A stretch of 64,000 nucleotides of DNA from Clostridia bacterium. Lineage in GTDB: Bacteria > Bacillota > Clostridia > Christensenellales > UBA1242. Made by a program: the position numbers and the translations under genes. Shown piece after piece: positions 37,601-49,600 of this stretch; within the stretch, counting starts at the first letter, position 1, and each line of letters starts with the position of its first letter. The notes beneath the pieces were generated by a model that saw nothing but the letters and a program-made list of their open reading frames with translations, searched no databases and was not told the DNA's origin. The stretch lies in contig JAZRVA010000058.1 in assembly GCA_045598865.1 (NCBI GenBank), forward strand, positions 15,300 through 79,299. Reading direction: 5' to 3'.

Positions 37601-40600
37601 ATACACAATATCTGTTGATATTGTTGCGGAAGAGTCATATTATTTTAAAGCAAGTGAGGCTTCTTATCAAATTACTCTTACAATTAATAAGGCAAAAGTT
37701 CAACTTGATTGGGGTATTTATACTTATGTAAATAATAAAAATTCAGCAGATATTGGCTCATATTATTTCTATACCGATGTGGAAAATCACCCACAAGCAA
37801 GCGGAAGTTACGACCCAACCAAAACTTATTATTTCATAAAAGTTCCTTCTTACACTCTAGAAACAAACAAAACGCAAGAAGATTTTGATGCGGGATTGTA
37901 TTTCGTTTACGTAAATGATACATATAGAAAGGCAAATTATGGCGGTGCAACGTTTGATGTAAATGTTGCTTACTATACTTGCGACAACACAGTTGTATAT
38001 TCTGCTCAAAACAATCGTCTAGGAATAGAAAAGGTCACATTATCATCAAGCACAACAACTATTGATTTTGGAAACTTTGGTTTTAATGTGTCTGGAGATT
38101 ATAATTTGATTAGGAATGCAGGAAATTACACGGCTTATGCACAAATTTGGGGTGAAAATAGCCATAACTATGAAATTGCAAACGGTTCAGATGAATTTAA
38201 CTGGCAGATAACTAAGGCATATTTAGAAATATCTTGGCCAACACAAACCGTTTACGAATTCTCTAATTCAAATGTTGATTTTAAACCAACAATAATCGGA
38301 TTAAAGAGTGCAGATACACACAACTTGTTAATAGAAAATAGTTGTACTTCAGATGTAACAAACAATTCAACAAGTGCAATTGGCGAATATACTTGCACAA
38401 TTGAACCAACTAATTTAAATTCAAATTACACTTTGGGCGAACAAGGTTTGTCACAAAACTGGAGTATTATTCAAAAGGTTTTAAGATTTGAATGGTATGA
38501 ATATGATAATGGTGTTGAAACTGGAAATAAATACATTCCAACAAGCACAGATTCTGTTTGGAATCCATATTATGATGGAAAAACAAAAGAATTAGTTCCA
38601 AGAATTAAAGATAAAGTTCCAGGTTTTGAAGATGTTTATTTCACTGTGGCAACGTCAAACAGCGGGTTTAGAAATGCCGGAGATTATTCAAAGAGTATCG
38701 ATAAAAATGTGAGCATAACAGGAAATGACGCGCTCTATTATAGTTTTGCAGAAAATGATGCTTCTTACCTTGCAAATTGGAGGATATTGCAAAAAGAAGT
38801 GACGTTTACATGGTCTGAAAGCACCCTTGTTTATTCAAAATCAGAGCAATCCGTTGTGGCAACAATTGTGGGTATTGTAGAGGGGGACTCTGTCAATATT
38901 GTTTATTCCACAGATACTATCCCAGACACATCAAACAGATACACACAAGCAGCAAGCCAAGTTGGAAATTACGTTGCAAAAATTGCTTCTTTGGAAAACC
39001 CAAATTATACTTTCAATCAAAACGGTGATACTATTTATTGTGCTTGGAGTATAGTTCCAAAGGCGATAGAAATTACTTGGAATTTAGTTGGTTTTTCAGG
39101 CAATAGTGGCATTTATTCTGGTAGCGCTATCTATGTTGATAGTGCAATAGCAAAAACTGGTGAGGTTTTTGAGGGTGAAGATGCTCAAATTGGTTTAACC
39201 TATTATTTAGGAGACACGGTCATAGGTTCCAAAACAAACATAATAGACGTTGGCACTTACAGAGCAGAGGCATCTATTACTGGTGCAAATTCTACAAACT
39301 ATGTTTTAAAAGAAGGTTTTACAGAATATACATGGTCAATAACACCTCTTCCATTGCAATTCTCTTGGAGTTATATTGGAGATACAACCTATTATGATGC
39401 AAGTCTTAGCAATGGTGGTTCACCAGCAGCAAGGTATTATAAACCGGAGATTTCAAACTTAAAAACACGAGATGCTCTCACAATCACTGCAACATTTAAC
39501 GGATTTGACAAATTAATACCAGTAGATAGTGGTAATTATACTTATGACGAATATGATAGTGCCTTGTTGGCGGGTGCAATAAATGCTGGGATATATCAAG
39601 TAGATATAACGGCAATTTCTGGCACAAACAGCGCAAACTATACCCTAGAAGGCGCAACCGGAACAAGTAAACAGTGGAGAATTGATCCAGCTACGTTAGA
39701 TATTGCAGATGGATTATTCACTGTTATATACACAACCTCAAATCCAACTTCAACGCCTTATATTTACAATTCATTTAATCAAACAGTGGAGATTACAGTT
39801 AAAAATACTCACAAAACCGACGCTGTGTTAACTGTAAATGCTGATTATTGGGTTTCAAATAATACCCAAACCGATGCTGGAAATTATAACGCAACAGTTG
39901 AATTGAGTGGTAACTTTAAGTTTGTAAATAGCGGAACGGAGCTGAAATCTTATTCTGTTCCATGGCAAATAGACAAGAAAACAGTTTCACTCACATGGTC
40001 TTACACACAAACACAGTATAATGGCGGTGTTATAACCAATGTTGCCACCGTTATTGACACCTGTGGCAGCGACGTGGTTAATGTTTCAGAATATGCCACC
40101 ACAAGTATTTCTGCTGGCCATGCAAATTATGCACAATATAAAGTTAAAAACTATGCTTACACTGCAACTGATGTAGGAAAATATTTGGCAAAAGCAAATG
40201 CGGTAAATAATACAAACTACAAGTTGCCAGATAGCGCAGAGTCCTGTGAAAAAGAATGGGAAATAACTGCAAGAAACGTTACCATAAACTGGGTTGGCGT
40301 AAACATTACAACAGATTCGAAAGTTTATGATAAAACGGCTTCTTATTTCTCACCAACCATAGAGGGAGCAATAAGTGCTGCAACAGTGGTTTTAGAAACG
40401 ACTTATTATTATTACGATTCTGCAAATACAACATGGAAGGAATGCACCAACGGGTATGCAGATTGCGTAAATGTTAATAGGTATAAATGTGCAACAAGGC
40501 TTGATTCTAGTGCAGGGAGCCAAAGTTATATTCTTGCTGGCACGGTTGAAAAAGAATGGGAAATCACACCAAAAGCGTTAAATTTTGTTTGGAGCGGAAC

Positions 40601-43600
40601 AACATTTATTTATAACAGCACGCAAATAAGCCCAACGGTTTCTTCAATCACAGGCGTGTGTGCAGGCGACACTGTGAGCTCTGCAGATATAATCCTTAGT
40701 GGTGATACAAACAGGAGTAATGTTGGCAATTACACAACAACAATTTCAGGAATAAGAAATAACAACAACTACACAGCAACGGGTAGCACAACAGCCACAA
40801 TAAATTGGAGCATTATTCCAAAACAATTAAAAATAGAGTGGATCACAGTTGGAGTTATTTCAAATAATTGGATATATAATGTAACTGCAAAGTATTATAA
40901 ACCTCAAATAAAGGCAGGCGATGTAATTGGTTCCGAGCAGGTTAATTTGTCATATTCCATCTCTTACACAAATCCTAGTGGTACTACACAAAACTTTACT
41001 GTTTTTGACAATTGTATTAATGCTGGTTCATACACATTAACAGTTTCTGTGCTAACGGGTGATAATGCAGGCAATTATTCTATTTCAGAAGTTCAATCTG
41101 CCGATATGTCAAGAGTGTGGACTATTTCTCCAAAAGATTTAACCTTCACATGGGGTCAAAGCACTTTCTCATACAACGGGCAATATCAAAGCGTTTCTGC
41201 CGAAATAAACACCAGCGTTTTAGATTCTATTTATCAAAACGATATTCAAAGTAGTGGTGTGGGTATTACATCAGATGGTTACACTGGTCACACAGGTAAA
41301 GATTGTGGAAGTTACACTGCAATAATCACAAAGTTAAACAACACCAATTACACTATAAGCACAAATAGCGGTTCCGGCAGCACACTTAATTGGAGCATTA
41401 CTCCACTTACAGTTGTTGTATTGTGGACGGGTGTTAATATAGATGACGTTGCAGTTGGCACACCTTCTGCGGTTTATAGCAAACAAACAATAGAGTTTAT
41501 ACCAACTGTTGCAAATGTTTTGCCTGTTTATGTGGATGATGGCACTGGCGGTTATACTACACAGTTAGACGGAAATGGTAATGTTATTAAAGAACAAGTT
41601 TATATTAATTATCAAACAACTTATGGTTTAACACCTGTTACCGAATATGTAAGTGCAGGTACTTACACAAGAACAATCCAAGCGGGCAGTGTTTCATTAA
41701 CTGGCACAAATGCAGGAAATTATACAGTAGAAAATATTATTACAAAGTCATGGATTATTTCTCAAATTAATGTTAAATTTAAAAACCCATCAGCGGCATA
41801 TCAGTATAATGGGCAAGAACAAAAATTAACTGTTTCCTTGGTTGATCCAACAACCGAAAATGATGTAATTATAACAGGAGATTCTGTTTATGCAACATAT
41901 ACAGATCCTGGTGAATCTGCGGTTTCAGATTACAGAAAGAAAGATGCGGGAACTTATACCCCAACTATTGCGCTTGGTGGTTCAAGCTCAGCAAACTATA
42001 ATCTTGTAACAACTGCCACAGGGACAACTGCAAGCTTTGATATAACAAAAGTAACATTAAGTGTATCATGGGAACAGGAAACATATTCATATACATACTC
42101 TGGCTTGGCACAATACCCAACACCAACTGTAACAGGTGCTCAAGGGAATGATAGACCTTACATTTTTGTTTATTATTACGATAAGGGTTCTAACGATTGG
42201 CAATCATATGCTGCTCAACCAACATTGGCTGGAAGATATAAGGTTGAAGTTGAATTAACCAGTGAAGCTATAACCAATTACAATATTACTGGCGATTCAA
42301 AAACATTTACAATTGGTTCTGCAAGCGTAACCTATGAGGTTGTTCCTTTGAAAATGGGAGACTTAGATGCACACGATAACACAATTCTAATGGTGATTAT
42401 TTATGGCTTGCAAGAACAAACCGCACAAAGCCCAGCCGGAGATGTAAGTATTAATTACATTACACCTCCAACAGGGTTAATAAATGCTATTGAACCAGGA
42501 ACATTAAGCAGCACAAATATTACTCAAACTCCTTATTATGTGAATTACTCCGATATTATAAACACATATTTAACAGGCAACTATTCATATGCATTTATCG
42601 AGTATGCAGAGTATAACGATGCAGCAAATGGTTATGAACCAGAAATTACATTTGTTTCTAGTAGAAATGATGTAAAAGGTTATAACTATGCCGATATTTC
42701 CAACTTTACAGGAATTGGCAAAACTTTGTATCCAGCAAATTCACCACAAGCACAAGTTAATACTTTCTATTACAATAGTTTGGATAATGAATTTGTGTTG
42801 TTAAATTCAAGTTCTGCGTTAACCGTAACATATGCCGATACAATAAGTTTTTATGTAACAGGCGGAACAAATTTGTCTGCAAACGACTATCAACTTCAAA
42901 TTAACAATGTTTTGGCATCATGTTCTAACGGCACTTCAAATTATATTGCAATTGATGGCGGATATTATTTTGTAAGAGTTGTTCCTTATGCAAGTGGTTC
43001 AGAGTTAAGTTCATTTGCAAACGCCACTTCATATACAAGTGGTGGCGGCATTGTTTCAAGCGCACCAATGTCAGTGGGTGCTGCAAGGTTTGACGTAACG
43101 TTTACTTACTCAAATAGCAGTGTTGGCAATATGGATTTAAGAATAGGTGGCTACAAGTCAGAGGGTGAAATACTAAATGGCCCATCTTATAACTACGCAG
43201 TTTCAACCAGCGTTTTGGTAACAGTTAACAAAAAAGAAGTTTCAATGAAGGCTCCAAATGCAACAATGGTTTACAAAACTCCTGGGCTTGAAATTGACGC
43301 TGGGCAATCTATACAAATTCTTTCCGGTGCATTACCAGCAGATGAAGCTTCAATTATTGCAGCAACAGAAGTTATTTTGGCAACAGGCACTTATGACATA
43401 AAACCTGCGGGCGTTGATGATAATGGCATATCTCTTGCCTTAAATCATCCTAACTATGTTTTAAATGGTGTTACTTTGGGCAAATTAACAGTAACAGGCA
43501 TGCCTCTTACAGATGGTATGGACGGAATTGTAATACATGTTGACGATTCAAATTGTATTTATAACGGCTTCGCACAAACCCCATCAGTCACAGCATCATA

Positions 43601-46600
43601 CAATAGCGTTACGCTAACATTTAGCCAAACTTTGGTTTATGAAAACAACATAAACGCAGGTGATGACGCGGTTGTTAAACTAACATTAACAGGTAATTAC
43701 ACGGGCACGCTGTCAGCCAAATTTACAATCCAAAAAATGAATATTGCTAGTGCTGTTTTTGATTCTTATTTAACATCATCAGAGGCATACACAGGTTCAA
43801 ACATAACAAAACAATTGGTAAACAATAATATAAGTTATGTTAAAACAGCCAATGGTGCAGATTTGTTAGAAGGCGTTTCAAGAGATTTCACTGTCTCATT
43901 TGTAAACAACTTAAATGCTGGCACGGCAACAATAATTTTCACCGGGTCAAATAATAACGTAACAGGCACAACAACGTTAAATTTTGCTATTACTCCAAAA
44001 GTAATTTCAGATGCAAACTTTACCTATACTTTTGATTCCGGCTATGCCGATAAAACATTTGTGTTTACAGGCGGAATAATAAAACCAAAGGTAATTTATT
44101 TGTTCAGTGCACAAGAAGGCATATCATTTAAGTTTGACGGCAATAGTTACAAATATTATGTAGAAGGTCAAAGTGTAGAAAGCAACCCAATTAGTGTTGG
44201 CAATTATGTGGTAACTGTAACAATTTTGGGCGATGCAAATTCTGTGTTTAATAACTATACCGGCACGGCCTCTCTTGCATTTAGTATTGTTCCTCTTGAT
44301 ATCACAGGAAATCAAAATTTCTATATTTCAGATATCGCAAATCAAACTTATCAAATAGCGGCAATAGAGCCAACAATATTTGCTTATTGGAAAACCTCAA
44401 CAATTCCTTCCGAGTCACCAAGGTCAGCTACATATAATAGCACGGAGGATGCATATCAGTTAACCTTTAACGACGACTATACCATAACTTACGAAAATAA
44501 TACAAACAAAGGCACAGCTGTTGTTAGATTAACTGGGCAAAATGATTTTAAAGGCACAATATCAAAAACCTTTACAATTGTCGCCAAAAATATTTCCGCA
44601 GAGGATCCAAATATTATTTGTTCTGTTTCAACAACTTTCCATTACACAGGCAGACAAATAACTCCAGCCGCACAGGATATTTTGGCAACATATGCAGCAG
44701 CGGGATCCAATACAAATATTACGTTTGATATTTTAAATTATGCAGAAAATATAACTGTTAGAACAGCAGCTCAAATAGCAAACGGCGAAAATATTGCAAG
44801 CGTAACAATTTCCGGAACCGGCAACTACACAGGCACAAAAGTTATTCCATTTACAATTTATCAAGCACAATTAAATCAAGATTCTGCTTTGAGCATTAGT
44901 TTGGAATATGGCGTTTATCAATATACTGGTTCTGCTATTACTCCAAACATAGAAACAATTAATTACAGACCAAGTGGTGCAAATTACACATTGTATTTGC
45001 AATCAACAGACTACGAAATTGATTATTATCAAAATAACGTAAACGTAAGCGCTATTGGTGCAACAATTCACATATTGTTTAAAGGGAACTACACCGGCTC
45101 ATATGACTATACATTTAATATCCAAAGCAAGCCATTTGATCCAAACGAATATGTAATAACTGCAGTTAGCCATGATTTAGAAACAACAGCCCCTGATACA
45201 GATTTGGGTTCAAAAACTTATGTTTACACAGATCCAGCTTCAAGTGGAATAACACTAGATAACATATATGTTTATAAATTCTCTGAGGATGGCGGCACAT
45301 ACACATATACCAGACTTACAGAACTAAGTGATTATGAAGTTGTGTATGAGAATAATAAAAATGCAGGAACTGCTTATGTTCGCGTGTTAGGGCGCGGAAA
45401 TTATTCCGGCGAGTTGTCAAATTTATTTGTAATCAACCCAGCAAATATTACAGATATTTCTGTGTTGTTTGATGAATTACAAAATCAAATTTACACAGGG
45501 TTGTCAATAGTTCCAGAGGTTCATGCAAGTTATAATGGATATGCTTTGCAACTTAATAAAGATTACGTAGTTTCAATAACCACTGGTAGCACAAATATCA
45601 ATGTCAGAACAGCTGCTCAAATAGCAAGTGGTGAAAATATTGCAAGCATAACAGTAGAGGGAACAAACAACTTTACGGGCACAAAGAACTTAACCTTTAC
45701 CATAGATCCAAAAGATATTAGTGATCAAATTGTTGTAGAGTTAGAATCTAACGAACAGCAATACACAGGATTTGCAATTTATCCGAATGCAAAAGTTTAT
45801 TTCCTAGACACACAAACAATTTTGATTCTTAACGCAGATTACGAAGTATCTTATGGCCAAAACACAAATGCCAACACAAGCGGCACTGTAACAGTAAATG
45901 GTATTGGAAATTACACTGGTTCAAAAACTGCACAATTTAGCATAGTTCCAAGAAGTTTCGAAACCAATGTTAACGACTTTGTTTTTGGTATGAATGCGGG
46001 TAAAACAATTTATTACACCAAAAACCCAATCACATTTAATGCTTCCACATTTGCAGAATATTTCACAATTCAATATGTTAAACAATCAGGAGACCTGCTA
46101 GTTGCAGATATTCAAAGAGATTTGGTTTGTGGAACAGACTTTGAAATTGTTGAAAACAGCTTTACAAATAACACAAATGTTGGCATAGCAACGTTTACAA
46201 TAAGAGGCCTTAATGCTGACTTTACTGGCGATTATACCTGCTCATTTGTAATAACTGCAAGACCTTACGCAGACGATGAAAATTGGACAGTAGAATTACT
46301 TGAAAACAATTATGTTTCTAGTCAAGATTTGTATGTTTATAGATACACCGGCGTTCAAATAAAACCAAAACCAGTTGTAAAATATTTTGGCGGTCAGGCA
46401 CTTGAAGAAGGTGTTGATTATACTCTCAGTTATGTTTACAACCAGTCAATTTCTCATACTTTGGAAGACACAACTTGGCAACAAAAAGCAGGATTGTCTG
46501 GATTGCCAACAGTTACAATAACATTCAAAGGCAATTATTCAGGTGTTGCAAACAAAACATTTGCAATTGCTCAAAAACAATTAACTTTAAGCGACTTAAC

Positions 46601-49600
46601 AATAAGAACAAGAGAAAATGTTATTTACTATACAGGCAGTCAAATAAAACTTGATTTTGACGACTTAATAATAGTTGTAAATGCAACAGATGGCTCACAA
46701 GCATATCAAATTACACAAAACGATATAGACGTTAACCAAGATGGTTCATTAAAAATTGAGTGTAATGATGACAACCTTAACGTTGGTCCAGCCTCTATGA
46801 AAATTTACTTTGGCGGCGAAGTGTTCACTGGCGAGGTGGTGTTTGGCTTTGAAATTTCAAAAGCAAATATTCAAAACACACACGTTATAGATAGTATCTT
46901 TGATTCCGAGCTCTACACAGGTGCGCAGATAACCAAGAATTTTGAAAACATTATTTTCTTAGGTTCTCTTGCCTTGGTAGAAGATAATGACTTTACAGTA
47001 GAATACACAGAAAACACCAATGTTGGCACAGCTTTTGTTACAATAACAGGCATAAACAACTTTGAAGGAACAAAGTTAATTAAGTTTAATATCCAACCAA
47101 GAACTCTTTCTTCAACAGAAATTAAACTTGATAACATTCATGATGTTGTTTATAACTACGGCAAAGAAATTACAATAGAAGATTTAACTTTATATTATGT
47201 AGATAATAGTGTAGAACCAGAACGAGAAATTGAAGTTGAAAATTTTGAAGTGTTCTTTACTCTTGGCCAAGAAGAAGGCGATGATTACAGAACAGCAAGA
47301 AAACTTGTTATGGGAACAGACTATGTAATTTATGAATACAGAAACAACATTAATATTGGCGAAGCTACAATAGTATTAAGTGGTATAAACAATTTCAGAG
47401 GTGTGTTCTTTAAAACGTTTAATATTGTAACAAGAAATATTAATCAGTTAGATAATCAAATTGTTTTAAGCCAAAGTTACGATCATGTGTTTACTGGGGA
47501 AGAAATAGAGTATGATTCTTTCAGTGTTGAAATAGACCAAAAAGAAACCATACAAATAACAAATGTAACCTATCAAAACAATTTGAATGTTGGCACAGCC
47601 ACAATAACATTTAGTTTGTCTGGAAATTACACGGCAACAGATATTGAGCTTAGCTTTGAAATTTCTCAAAAACAATATGATTCAAGTGAGTTCACAATTC
47701 CATATATTTCAAATCAGGTTAAAAGAGTTCCAGCTGTAAGAATAGAGCCAGTGTTTGGCAATGCAACTTATACAACAGAAGAAATTTCATTTGTCAACGA
47801 AAGTGGAACAACAATTATTCTAGTTCAAGATGTAGATTACACACTTGACTACCCAGAAGAGGGTAACAAAGAATTTGGCTTAGGGTATGTGTATATAACA
47901 TTTATTGGAAATTACACCGGTTCCGCAACAAGAGGTTTCTCCATTGTAAAAGGCACTCCATCTCAGGCAGAGTTTGAGGCAACGATTGGTGACTATTACG
48001 TTATACCAAAAGATGCATTAACAATAAGAAATGCAAAATATGGCGAAGTTTCTACTTTGGAAGATTTAATCATTGTAAATTCTTCCGGAATAGAAATAGA
48101 AAGAAATGTTTTGTATTGGAATAACAAAAATCAACTTGTAATTGGTGTGGGCGAAATCACTGCAAATGCAACGTTTAATCCTAATAGGGAAGATTATAAC
48201 GATTTAACTGTTGTTTTAACGTTTACAATAGAAAAGGGTGAATATAAGAACATAAACCCTTATGAAGATGTAGCTACCGAAGGGTATTTAGAAGTCCCTT
48301 ATCGTTTTGGTTTAACCTTAAGCGACATTGCCCTTCCAAGAGGATTTAGTTGGCAAACCCCAGAGGAGAACTTAACAAACACAATAATTCAAGCAGAAGA
48401 ACAATATAAACAGTTTGTATTTACAGCAGATTATGATAGATTCCCAGAGTATTACAATAAAACTTCAGTAAGTGTTACTTTAAGAATTGTTAGGGGCACA
48501 TTAAACGCAAAAACATTTGAACATCCAGCCCTAACTATTCCTTACAGAGAAAACTTAAAACTTGCCTCTATTGGCATAGTAACACCAGGTTATAGTTGGA
48601 TAGATGATGAAAACCAAAGTTTGCAAGATTTGTTGGTTGTTAATGGCAGTGAAGGTGAATATTTCAGAATGTTCTACAACCCACAACAAGATACAAACTT
48701 TGTAGAAAGCGTTTTTGGTTCAAAAACAAATTACAATGCAATGGAAGTTAATGTAAGAGTTTATGTAACCAAGGCCACATATCTAAGGCAAACAGTTCTA
48801 AAAGCTCTTGGCAACTTTGAGGTTGAAAACAAGCCATACAAAGAAGGTTTAACTCTTGGCATGCTCAACATAAATCTTCCACAAGGCTTTGTGTTTGCAA
48901 ATCTTGGTCAAATGTTGTATTTTGGTCAAAACGAATGCCCAATAGTTTATAACTACAATTCATCTGTAAATCCAAACTATAATGCCTATGGCGAGGATTT
49001 GTCAGAAAGAATAACAATTACCATAAACGTGGTTTCTCCAAGAATTAAGTCAACCTTAAAACCAACAGATCCAGAGGTTGTAGAAACACAAAATAGTGAA
49101 TTTGCAATTTCTAGAACTTGGAACACTAATTTGCAAAATAATGGAGCAAGCGTCCCACTTGTTGTATATTATTATGATGAGTATGAAGATGTGTGGACGG
49201 AAATCTCTGGCAGTGCAGTTTGGTATTCTGGCGAAGAACTATTGCAAACTGTTGGTTATATAACCAGACAAGCCAAGTTTGTGGCAGACAATAAAAACTT
49301 CACAGAAAATAAGGAATTCTTATTGCAAGATGTAACGGTATTAATTAAAGGCGAAAATGTTAGAAATTCTTTGTTGAATTTTGTAAATGATAGTTTGGTT
49401 TATTCACCAACCTCAACATTACAAAGAATGTCCAAAGTTACAACCAGCAAAACTTCACTTCAATTTATAGATTCAATCACTTATGCATATCAAAGAATTT
49501 ATACCTTTAATGGCGAAGAAATGGTGGATCCAAATGTCTACGAATTGAATTCCAGTGTAGTTCTTAATGCTGGAAAATACAGAATAACAGCTTATTTCAA